Shown in pieces: positions 1-11,968 of a DNA stretch of 64,000 nucleotides. Every line of letters starts with the position of its first letter. The first letter of the stretch is position 1. The position numbers and the translations under genes were made by a program. The DNA comes from Monocercomonoides exilis PA203 (lineage: Eukaryota; Protista; Preaxostyla): NCBI GenBank assembly GCA_001643675.2, contig LSRY02000028.1:62001-126000 (forward strand), given 5' to 3'. The notes below the pieces were generated by a model. The model did no database searches. It worked only from the letters and a program-made list of their open reading frames with translations, and was not told the DNA's origin.

Positions 1-1476
1 AAAGCATTTGATGATTAGTCCGCGGCGTGATGCAAATTTTCGCTTAGCCTTTTCAAGTGCAGATATTGAAGCATCCATGTTTTCAGTTGTCTCATCAAGA
101 TTTGCATCAATTCTGATAAGTTCCCATTCGGATTTAGTGAATAAATAGAAACAATATAGGAAATTTTTAAATAAGTATTACTGTTACAAAAAATTTTTTT
201 GATGCACACAATTGAAGACTTTCTCTCTGTTGAGTCAGAAGATGACCCAAATCCTGAAACATGGTGCTTATTTCACTCATGGCCCGGTGTACCATATTCA
301 AAGACTATTTAAAAAAAAAAGATAATTAAGAAGAAATTCATTCATTTCTTCATTAATATAAAATCATTTGACATACAGCTGTTCTTTCATCATGTCTTCT
401 CTCGGTAATCAGAGGAGCATAATTTTCATCTAACAGTCGCATTCAAACAAATAAATATTCATCAAAAATTAATATTTCACATTTGACTTGTATTCAAAAT
501 TCCATTGTAAACAAACCAAGTCCATTATTGTTCCATTTTGCATCATCGTCCTCTGCCATGCTGCTGTTGAAACGCTGAGTGGGTATTTGTTTTTGATTTG
601 AATGACGTGGTAAATTGAATGATGTGGATGCTGATGAAGTGACAGAAGAAGAAGAAGAAGAAGAAGAAGTGGAGGAGGAAAGGACAGGCGTTGGCTCATC
701 AAATTCATCTTCAAACCTACGATGTTTTAAGTTCAAACAAATTGCAAGAGATTTATTATTATCAAAAAGAAATTTACCATACTGAATTTTGTGAGATCCT
801 TCTTTGTGAAGCATACATAAGAAAATAAGCAATAAACTTAAAAATTTATTCAAAAATACTAAATTACATACTTCGTCTTGGAATAGCAACGTCTTCAGTT
901 CCCATGAACAGATTTCGTCGTTCAGCCCTTTGTTGTAAGTACTTCAAAAAATAATAATAAACAAAAAAGAACAATAAAATTTGCATACTTCAGCGTGCTC
1001 CTTCAACTGTGATTGAAAAGCTCTTGTTAAATCTTGAGTTACACTTGCCAAATCCTCAACAATTGCTTTTGAATGATTCTGAAAAAAAAAATGAAAATAT
1101 GGTGAGTATTCTTGAATGACTCAATGCACACAATTGTGGAAGCATTCATTGATGCGTTGCTAAGAAGTTGATTGATTCGAGCTATTTCTCCAGAAATATC
1201 TTGCATGTCTGTCTGAAAGCTCGCAGAAAGAAGGTCGATTTGAGACTCATTTTCATCAAACAAATCTTTTCTTTTGGAAAGTTCATTAAGATGGGAAAGT
1301 TTTTTAAGGCACTGTGCTGTTTTTCCCTGAACAGTTTTTGCTCTCTGTAAAATCTGCATATATTTCGGATCAATTTTTCTGTTTTTCTTTTGCAATGAAA
1401 CGGACTTTCTCTGAGGAAGTGGTTTTTTGGCTTCATTTTCTTGCACAAGATCGAAAAAGCGTGAAGTGATATCCAT
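1..1476 (-). CDS. STX5: Syntaxin-5/Sed5-like Qa-SNARE, multi-exon, 3' end beyond the window edge
   Basis: Manual GT-AG splicing gives N-peptide MDITSRFF, Habc segment NHSKAIVEDLASVTQDLTRAFQSQLKEHAE-YLQQRAERRNLF, and SNARE motif SLNMVHRAMSEISTMFQDLGHLLTQQRESLQLIDANLDETTENM...FASRRGLIIKCF (compare Sed5 ...SSNRWLMIKIF). Confidence 0.85.
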
Positions 1477-1652
1477 TAGATTTTCCAAATAGCGAAGCTG
1501 AAAAAATAAAGTAATTATTTATGGTTCTTCTTCATACTTTTTGTTTTGACTTTTATTGATATTAAATTATCATTTTTAAGTTGATAACAGAATAATTTTT
1601 GATTTTTCGTTATTCGATTAAAAATATCAAGGGCATTTTGATCAAGTGATAA

Positions 1653-1925
1653 ATGTCGGAGAAACAAAAGGCACCAGAGACACAACGAACGCAACCTCAT
1701 CTTGTTTCTTTGGAAGATGACGATGAATTTGAAGAATTTGAGGGAGGTTTATTGATTATAAACATTTATATTGCTTTAGTTCGTGATTTTGATTTTTCAG
1801 ATTTTTCGGCTCCAACCGCTGACATAGACGCTGGAGAGTGGCAAGACGAATGGGACGAAGAAAATCCAGATGATGCATTTGCAATTCACATTCGCGAAGT
1901 TTCAGCTGCTCACAAGAAGTCGTGA
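1653..1925 (+). CDS. SEM1: 26S proteasome lid subunit SEM1/DSS1 (Rpn15); one intron, probably 1747-1800
   Basis: Motifs LEDDDEFEEF and WQDEWDEENPDDAF match the two conserved acidic boxes of DSS1. An AT-rich GTTTA...TTTCAG intron lies between them. Confidence 0.9.
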   Translation: MSEKQKAPETQRTQPHLVSLEDDDEFEEFEGGLLIINIYIALVRDFDFSDFSAPTADIDAGEWQDEWDEENPDDAFAIHIREVSAAHKKS

Positions 1926-2242
1926 TCACCTTCTCCACTTCAACATTTTTCTTTTGTGTTAAACTTCACTGCAATTTCTTCTTGATCTATCACTTCGAGA
2001 AATAATTAATGTACGATTAGTTCATTTACTAAATAAATCTTCTTTTACATCTCATTAACTTTGCTGACATTTCCCCCAAAATCTGAACAGATTTGGCTTA
2101 TAAAATTGTTTTCATAGAATGGCGAAATGATACAAAAGCATAAAATTGAAAGAAAAAAATAAAACAAGGAAGAAAGATTGATACAAACAACTTGAAGGCT
2201 TATACAAAGAAAAAATAATAAGATTTTGATTGTTGAATAATT

Positions 2243-5042
2243 CTACTCTGACTCTTTTTCAAGTCCATTCGGTATAAGATATTTTCCTGTGCTTTTTTCA
2301 TCAATAACAACTGATTCACTGATGCGTTGCATTGTTTTGGTGATCGAAAAGGATTTCTCTTCAGAAGGTGTTTCTGAATCTGCAACATAATTTGTCAAAG
2401 ATTTTCAATAATAAAAATAAAATTTAAAAAAAAGGAACACACCTTCAGAAGAAGATGTCTGAACAGGGGTGCTTTCTTTTTTCTCTGCAGATACGAAGGG
2501 AGACAAATGATAATCGCCCTGGAGTGGAAGAGTGCCCATAGGCGAACCTTGGGGCTGGAGTGAAGTGACAGGAGAAATTTGTGGTGATGATGTGCTTGTT
2601 TGAAGTGTGCGAGAGGGATACTGCGACTTTGCAGTGCCGGCAAGCATTTCTGAGCCGTCCCGCCCTGTATTCAGATGATAGCCTGCTCCGCGACGGATCG
2701 AAGAATAAGAAGCAGAAGAGAATGAAGCATTCGCTTTTGATGCGGAAAGGTTCGATGCTCCTCTCTCAGTCACTTCGGCTTCTATCTCTCGAACGCGCTC
2801 AGCAATATCTTCATTTGATGCATCAGACCAATTGGAATCCACACTGTTGCAGAACAAATATTTTATTAAATAAACAGAAATGATTAGCAATATTCATTAA
2901 ATTCTGTTTAAAAAAACGAATAAAAAAATATATTCAAACCTCATTTTTTCATCAGCATCTGCCGTCTCTTCGGTATCCACTCTTATTTCTCTGTCTCTGA
3001 GCGACGCATCGTGTGGGTTGCGCAGTTTGAGTGGTGTCACTTTCGACGAAGTTGCCGAGTTCCTCGCAAACATGTTCGTGTCTGCATCGTACGGAAACGC
3101 ATTCGATCCGAAACGAGCAGTTGACCAGCCGTTTGAGCGTCTTGTGGTCAGCCCCCCGTCTCTTTCGCTGAGCAGCATTCCATCTCCAGCCACTTCCCTC
3201 ATCCGCCCACTCAGCGGAGAGCGGCTGAATATTTCAGTGTATTCTTGGTCTGACATGGAACTGCTTAACCCAGATGAGGATGTGATTGCAAGATTTGAGC
3301 CAGTTCCAGCTGGAGTGAGAGGATTGGGCGAATGCTCTGTGGAGTTCAAAGGCGGAAGATGTGGAATGTGATGGCGTGCTGTTCCACTATAAACAAATAT
3401 GTAAAAAAAATGAAAGAAAAGCAGAAAATAGACAAAATCATGAAGAACATAAAAAAAAGAAACAAACCTCCCAGCATCCGGAGTGTAATACTGCAACAGC
3501 GTATTCCTGCTTTTTCTGTACTTTGGATCGAGATATGCATGATACACTGTATGTTCTGGATGTTTGTGACCAGAAGGCGAGTCTGTGTCATTCAGCAGTG
3601 TTCTCTCTCTCTCAGACTGCCACCCTTCTCCTTTCCCTTCAATAGAAGCAATCCTGTCGCTTTCTCTCCGCTTTGTGTGTTCTGTCTCCATTCGCCCGCA
3701 GTGCTGTGAATGTGCCTGCACCGCCTTAAACAAATTACGCTGCTGCGCCTCTCTTTCAGCACGCTGCGAGAGGCGCGCTGAAAGATATGTCTCCATCATC
3801 CGCTCTCTCAAGTCTGCATTCTCTGAGACTGCACTGTAAGTCATAGAAAGCGGAGGAACAACCATCGAAGAATACGTCGCTGCCCCGTTGGCCTCCCTCA
3901 GCGAAGAGGCAGAGAACGGAGGCGTGGATGGAGTTGCTCCATTCACAGACATTCGAGAAGTTGCAGAAGCAGAAGTTCGATATGAACTTAATTGCGTGTC
4001 TGTCCTGCTTCTTTGTGTTAAACCTCCTCTCATCGATGCTGAGCCAATCGGGTTTCTGTCTGCCATCCCGCTTTTCTCTGCCTCCTCTTCTGCTCTCTTT
4101 GTCCGCTCTTTCTCGTGCTTGTGCAAAACAACAGCAGCATAACGCTCTCCCTTCAGCCACGCAGAATATGCTTCTGGGTTGATCCCTTGCGACTCACAGA
4201 CTTCTGGATGATCGCGGAATAAATCGCGAGGAACGTATGAGGCAACCTTGCAGATGAATTCAGGGTCATAGCATTCATCTCTTCCTGTCCATCCCCCGCT
4301 TTTTCTTCCAGTAGTCATCCCTCCTTCACAACCCTTGCTCGTATCAAGTTCTCTTTTTGACAATTCACTAGAGTTTAGACGCAATGGAGGAAGAGCCGAA
4401 GCTGGCATTGCCTTCATAGCTGGTGGGCTTGACGGTTCTTCCCTTCCTGTTAATTCTTCATTGGGTGAATTGGAATTATTATTCGCATCATCAATTTGTT
4501 GATTTGAAGTGTCATTAAGTTGAGGATTTTGTTCAGTTTGTTCTGGAAATTGCTCCTCAATAAAAGAAGTTTCTCCAACCTCATGATTTTCTTCGGATGA
4601 GACTTCATTTGCGTTGGAACCTGTTTTGTTTGTGCTTTCTTCAATGTCAGCTGTTGAACGTGGAGAAGGAAATGGAGGCAGAATCGCTTCGAACACTGGA
4701 AGTTCTCCGGTTGGTTTTAACTTCGGACGTGGTCCAAAATCGACAACTTTTGGAACAATGTATCGTTGTGCAATTGGTTTTTTGTGAGTCTCAATCTTTG
4801 AAGACAAAAAATTAAAAAATATTTCCAACACACACACACAAAAAGAAAACAATCTACCATTTCATAAGGTTCCTGCTGAGACCTCTGGGAAAAGCTCCCT
4901 GTGACAGAACGAACTTTGTAGATTAAGCATTCCAAAGCAAGAAAACAAGAAGAAATATATAACTTGGTAAATACAAAAACTAAAACACACAAGTTTCTTG
5001 ATTTGATCGTAAAGTCGAAAACCGTGGCTCGATTATAGCCAT
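2243..5042 (-). CDS. Uncharacterised Ser/Arg-rich, largely disordered protein, about 6 exons
   Basis: ATG at 5042 (MAIIEPRFSTLR...). Exons are joined by GT-AG introns across the 2897-4852 and 2405-2890 ORFs, ending ...GLEKESE-TAG at 2243. No recognisable domain. Confidence 0.65.
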
Positions 5043-5263
5043 ATCAGTAAAAGCTGATTACGCCTTTATTGTTTATAAGCAATAAAAAGCAAATGAAGAG
5101 GTTATTTCCCCCATAAGAATAAAAAATCTTTCCAAGAAATATAATTAAAAATTTGTCCATCCGATTATTAACATAGCGATGTGAAAATGAAATGAAATAA
5201 GTGAATTTTTGTTTTTTCTGAGAAAGAAAAATCAGATCAAGTTTCAAAAATCTTTTTCATCTA

Positions 5264-8200
5264 ATGTCGGATGAGAGCGAAGAAGAGTCTTCGTACGAGG
5301 AAAGCGAAGATGAAAGCGAAGAAGTACGTAAGGAAAATGCATTATTGAAAAGAAAACTTGACGAACTGAAAGAAGATCATGAACTTGAGATGCAAGGCGT
5401 TTTGGATGTTGTTGAAAAAGTTACTCAAGATAAAAACAAGGTCCACTCTATTCATTTATTATTTCTATTAATTTTCCATATTCTAGTTAAAAGATGAACT
5501 CACTGCGCAGATTGCCCAACTTGAATCAGAAAAGAAGTTTGAAATCAATATATTGTTTTAAATAAAAAAATGCATAAACGTTTTTAGAAAGATGAAGGAA
5601 AAAATTAGTCAACTGGAACAGGAGCTTCAAAAAATGAAGGAAAATGAAGTCAAACAAAATGCTACAGAAGAACTAATAGAAAATGATAGCAATTCTCAGA
5701 ATGCCGAAAACATAACCCCAGCAAAAATTGAAAGATTTTGTTTTCCAACGTTAGATAAACGATTTTCTCATCGTGAGCAGCAGAAGCTTTTCAAACTTCT
5801 TTCAGAGGAGAATAGGCCACCTACTTTATTTGAAAGATGGAAGAGGGAGAAAGAAGAAGAAAAGAAGCAAGAAGCATATGCAAATATGGCTGCTTCATCA
5901 AATTCTGTGTTTATTTCTCCGTTAAACACTTCTATTCAGTTATCACCAATACAGCTTTCTCCTCATCAGTCAAGAACACAAACACAGACATCTGCTATAT
6001 CATCGTCTCCATTCCGTTCATCACGCTCGCTGTCTCCTTCCTATGTAATCCCATCTGCACGCCCCTCACCATCACGTACAATTTCACGTCTTCTGCATCA
6101 TTCATCATCTCCATTTCGCTCAACACTAGATCTGTCTCCATCACTCTCGCAAAGCACTTCACAAACTCAAACACTTCCATTTCAAACAAATTCTTCTTCT
6201 TTAACTCCTCAGCCTTCCGCATCATTCCTTGCAACACCTTCAAAATCTGAATCTGACAACCCTTCTCAATGCAGTGATCCTCGAGAAGCTGAAGATGGAT
6301 TGATGAGCTCTACATCTGCACTTCAAACAGACATACTCACAAACATTGAAACTGGGATTTCGACTGAAGATAAAGAAACACTTCAACACTCAACTGATCC
6401 TAATATGGAAAATTCTTTATCAAATTCACAAAAGCTTAAAGAGGCAAAAGATGAAATTTTGACTGAGGATGAAGCGCAGAAAGAACCACACATCGATTGG
6501 TCATCTTCTCTTCAGAAGCTTCTTGCATCATTTAGTGTGGACATTCCAATGACAAACAACAAACACAATGATAATAGTGAAACAACAAAAGATAAGGTAA
6601 ATAATAATAATGATAATGAAGAAGAAGAAGAAGATGATAATGATGAAAGAAAGAAAGATGAAGGGAATAGAAATATGAAAGAAATATCAAAGAGTCCTAA
6701 AAAAATAGATTTCGAAATAAAAGAACAAAATGCAGCAACAGAAAAAGAAAATGAGCTAATATTCAGTCAGAGAGAATATGATAAAGAAATGAAAGAGGAG
6801 GAGGAAGAAGAAAATTTGGAGAAAAGCTCGTCAGATAAAGATGAAACACATTCAAATGATTATTCGTACAAAAGCGAAGATATTGATGGTTCATCTTTGT
6901 CACAGCGCAGAATGTCAGAGTCAAATGTTTCTGTTTTATCACTTCCATCTCTTTCTGATGAAGATGAAGATAAAGGTGAAGAAGAAGATTCTGCAAATCT
7001 CAAAACAAAAGAACCGAACGAAATATCATTAACTGGAGCGAAACAAGAAAGTGATGAGAATAAGCATGAAGACACAGATATTCTCAACAGACATCAAAAG
7101 AAGCAGAGTGGCGAACAATCTTCAAGTCAGACAATAAAAGACAAAGCAGAGCAAAACTGCCCAGAAACAAAACATTCAGATACAAAATCTGATTATCAAA
7201 GGGCATCTGCTACCCAACAAGTTGAAAATGAGCAAGAAGAAAATAAAGGAACTGACGCGCATGTTTTGGATGTCAACAAAGAAGAAACAGAAAAACATAC
7301 GCACAAACAAAAGAGAAAGAAAAAAGAGCACAAAAGCAGACCACATCAATCACATCATCACCATCATCACAAACACACAACACAATCTCCACAATCTCAT
7401 CTATCTTTATCTCCACAATCAAATTCACATATTCCATTGCATTTGGATTTAGACGCTGTAAATCCAATCTTAGCAGAAGCAAGCACAGAAGAGTCAAAGG
7501 AAAGAGAAGTAACAGATGAAACGACTACAAAGAATAAAGAAAATGAAGCTTCATCTGTTCAAAAGGAAAACTCTGATGAGGCAACAGAATTACCTGAAGA
7601 GAAAGAAACAAAGCAAAAGGTGGAAGAAGAAGAATGCGAAATCACATCTTCTCAGATCGAAGCAATAAAACCAGTAATTGTAAAGAAGAAAAAGAAGAAA
7701 AAGAAAAAAGAGCAATCAACTTCTTCTGACAATTCACAGACACCCGGAACGAATGACTATTCCACAATTGAACTTTTCGAGCCACCTTTAGTTTCACCAC
7801 AACTTGTCTTTCCACCAGGTGGAAAAATTTCCTCCTCTTTTCATTCATCCCAGACACCATCTCAATCATTTCAGCAATTCAATCAATTCAGCAATTCATC
7901 AACACCATTTCATTCCTCTTTTCCTCCTCTGACTTCTACTCCTCCAAGGAGTTCATCTATTTCTCGACTTATCATTCCCACAAAAACAAAAGAAGGAGAT
8001 CAGCAAAAAGGCAGTTTGGACTCAGAATTAGACGATGCTTTTGATGAGAAGCCTCATATTTTCCTGGACTTTTCGAGATCTCCATCAAGATCACCTGAAA
8101 GAAGAACTAAATCCACAACTCCTTCACAGAGAATCTATTCAAAGGCCAATTCTTCTCAAAATTATACACCTCGCAAAAATGTGACCTCGAAAACTCAACA

Positions 8201-8348
8201 ACGATTCTTTACTCGGGCACGTTCAATTGAACAAAAAGAGCTTGAAAATGCAAGAAAACAGAATGAATCCAAGAAAACTCTTTCTTTCAACGAATTTAGT
8301 AAAGAGTCAACACAAAGACGCGGGAGATCAGCTTCAAAACTTATTTAA
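5264..8348 (+). CDS. Uncharacterised low-complexity protein with N-terminal coiled coil (Ser/Pro-, Glu/Lys- and His-rich)
   Basis: First exon MSDESEEE...KVTQDKNK, two short introns, then a 918-codon open exon ending in TAA at 8348. Confidence 0.75.
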
Positions 8349-8505
8349 TCAAAGAAATCGAAAAGATCTTATGTTGTTTCTAAATTTTGTATTTTGATAC
8401 TTTTCTGTTTTAAAATTTAATATTTACCAAAAATTTTAACAAATAATAATATGAAGGGGCAATTTGATCATATCGATCAAGTTTATCAAAGAATCAGGGT
8501 TATTT

Positions 8506-11500
8506 ATGTCAGAAACAACAACTGATTCGGCAGCACTTAGTGATGCTGAAGAAATTTATAAAATGCCAATGCTTATCGTTGGAATGGAAAAATTAACAAC
8601 ACAAGCGGTCAACACGATTCTTTCTGGATCATACACTGGTTTATTTGAATATCATTTTCGTTTTTGTTTATCATCTATCACTATTGCTTTTTTCTTTTCT
8701 AGTCATTTGCGCAAAGAATGCTGAAGAAGCAATGAATATTCTTGCAACACAAGAAATTCATTTGGTTTTTGTATCTTTAAGTTTACAGGAGCAGAGCGGA
8801 CTTGAGCTTCTCAAAACGATTAAAAATAGCTTCCCTGGGATGAATGTAATTATTGTTTCAATGAATGAAGGTATTGATTCCATGAGACGTTGCTACAAAG
8901 AAGGAGCAGCCGATGTATTTCAAGTACCAATATCAGCAGAGATGGTTCGAGCACGTGTTGGAATTCTTTTACAGAATTCTCTTTTAAAGCGTAAGCTAAC
9001 AAACTTGGGATATGAAAGAGATGCTGATGCAGAACAAAGAAAAAGTGATGTTAAAGCATTTCAAGAAATGATCCACAGAGTGGAGCAACTTACAGGCGAG
9101 GTTGAACAATCCGCAGATGACATAGCTTCACTCGAAGAGCTCATTAAACAAAAAGACGAAGAAATCGCAAAAGAAAAGCAAAAATCAGCAAACTTTGCCA
9201 GACTTATTGTTGGAGCATTTTCGTCAAAGCCAAATGCGACACCTCAACCAGCAGAGGTACCTCTTTGCACAATAGCAGACTCCATTCCACCGCCCGTTAT
9301 GAAGGAAGCAAAGGATATGACACAGCGCATTTCACGAGCATCAGAAACACCAATTCAAACTTTGACACGCTCAGTGGCTGATATTGTTCGAGGCGATCAA
9401 AAGATGAAGCCAGCTGACTTGAAGAAAGCGCTGACGCAAATGGTCACTTCACTCTCAGCCGAAGACTTGTACAAACCTCAGTTCAAGAAGCTCTTCAAAG
9501 AGTGCGGGGTGGACGACATGACACGACAGTGGATCATTGGCGAGTTCCAGTCAGAAGAGCGGAGGAAGGCAACTGATCCTCGCCTTCTGGATCAAGTGGA
9601 CTTTGCATCAATGGGCGACACAAGCATGCTGAAGGACTGGGGATTCAACGTGTTTTCGTTCTCACACGACGCGCTGCTGTCCTTCATCGAAGGCATGTTC
9701 AACGAATTCGGGCTTCTGCAGCGATTCAAGATTGATCTGAAAGTATTCCGCAATTTCTTGGTTGAGCTTCGTCAGTCATTCACACAGACACCGTACCACA
9801 ACTATACACACGCCTTCGACACACTGCAGACAATCTTTCTTATTCTGACAAACACAAAAGTTACCAAATTCCTCACTAAACTGGACATTCTTGCGCTGTT
9901 TATCGGAGCTTTGTGCCAAGATATTGATCATCCTGGTCTGAACAACTTGTATCAGGTCAATGCACAGACACCACTTGCACTGAACTACAACGATATTTCT
10001 GTGCTTGAGAACTTCCACGCCTCGCGTTGCTTTGCGTTGCTGGGGAGGACAGAGCTTCTGAAACAGCTAACATCAGAGGAATACATTGAGCTCCGGAGAA
10101 ACGTGATCTCAGGTATTCTTGCGACAGATATGTCATCACACTTCACCACACTGACTCGATTAGCTACTCACATCGAGACAAAGCCCTTCTCTCGCGATAG
10201 CCCCGATGACAGGCAGCTGCTCATATGCACATTGCTTCATGCAGCAGATTTGAGCAATACATGCAAACAGTGGAGAATCTGCAAGCGCTGGTCAGAGCTG
10301 ATGCAGGAGGAGTTTCTGAAGCAAGGTGACAAAGAAGTCGAACAAGACTTACCACGCTCTCCGTACATGACAAGATCCAACTCCAACATTGCGAAGATGA
10401 TGACAAACATGATTGACTATTGTGTGTACCCGCTCTTCTCCACACTCACCCGCATCTTCCCAGAGCTTCACATCTGCATAGTCAACCTCCAAGCCAACCG
10501 CCTGCAGTTCATGCAGTCTATTGACGAGCAGCGCATTCCTGAGATTCAGCTGGAGGATCCGATGCTGATAGCTGGTGATGGCGACAAAGAAGGTACCGAC
10601 GAAGAAGACTGGGCACGAGGAGATCGACAGTTTGAAGACAGATCTCTTCCGATGGATGCTGAGACAGACGAATCAATTGCAATGGCATCCAGCGCATCCA
10701 GCAGCTCCATGCCATCAAGCGCGAGGGGCACATCCTCTTCAAGCACATTTGAGAGATCGTCGCTGGAGCTGAAGAAAGGCTCAAAGTCGTCCATGGGCAG
10801 CTCCTCTGGCTCGTTGATGGTTGGCACGTCGGTAATTGAGATCGGCACATCGCTGTCTGACAGCTCCAACATGCGCCAGCCACACTCCTCCATCCACAAA
10901 AAATCCACTGGAGGGCTTGTTCCTCCAATCACCCCGCCTGCTTCAGGTCAAGTGAAGCCGTCGCTCTATCAAATCACTGTGCCAGAGTCGCCACAGCCGC
11001 TGACTCCGCTCGGACGCTCACCTTTCTCACCATCGTATTCGCAGCAGGTGCTTTCTGGTGGTACTCCGTTCAGCAGCGAGTCTCAGGATGAAGCTGACCA
11101 GTCGATGAGCTCTGCAAAACACCCAGGAATAACCACACAGAAATCAGCGCCAGTGAAAAAACCACCGATTCGGATGATTTCATCGGGGAATTCTTCGTCT
11201 TCGTCAATTCCAACATATTCTGGCAGCGGAACACTGAACATGCAATCACCTTCGTCTGCCTCATCGTCGATCAGCATGTCTTCTCAGATGACACACTCCT
11301 CTTCTTCCTCTGGCTCATCTGCCATTCCATCTACTCCTTCCTCTTCATCTGGTGCCAAACGCACAAGGCCTGGAGTGATGACTGTTAATCCGAGCCAACC
11401 GCTCCACAAAACACTCTCTTCGCCTGGCTCTGTTGATGGAAGTCGCCCGAAACCAGCAACATCCTCAGGAAGAGGCAGCGTGAGAGTGGTTTCTGTGAAA

Positions 11501-11509
11501 AAGCCATGA
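8506..11509 (+). CDS. Receiver (REC)-like domain + coiled coil + class I cyclic-nucleotide phosphodiesterase domain (RegA-like architecture), Ser-rich tail; intron 8639-8702
   Basis: REC fold: MLIVGME...AEEAMNIL...LVFVSLSLQEQSGLELLKTIK...VIIVS...EGAADVFQVPIS. PDEase_I motifs: WGFNVF, YHNYTHAFD, CQDIDHPG, YNDISVLENFH, ILATDM, HAADLSN, EEFLKQGDKE. Confidence 0.9.
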
Positions 11510-11968
11510 TTTCATTTATTTTTTCACCCTCTTTTTTTAACAATAATTTGTATTTTGCATCCAGTTTTGATAATTTCGCAATCTTTGATTTTGAACAACA
11601 GTCGTAAATTTTATTTCTAATCTATCCTCTTGTATAATAATTCTTTTTTACGTTCTCCATCTCGATGTAAGTTATCCCTGAAATTCAAGTACCTTGTGTG
11701 TTTTTTTCGCAACAACTACACTTTTCAGTCTCTTTCTCTGACTTTTTATTTTCATTCACACCCGCAGCACTTCTCAACGATTTGTTTTCTAATCGTTTTT
11801 TTATTCGACCGATTGATTAATGTTCTGCCTTTCAGCGATTAATTTCACTTTGGCAGTCTTGTTGCTTTCACATTTCATTCTTCATTTGAGTGCTTTTGAA
11901 CAATGAAACCAGAAAAATTGAAATGAAGAAATGAAAAAAATAAAAAATAAAAAAGTCAAATAAAAATA

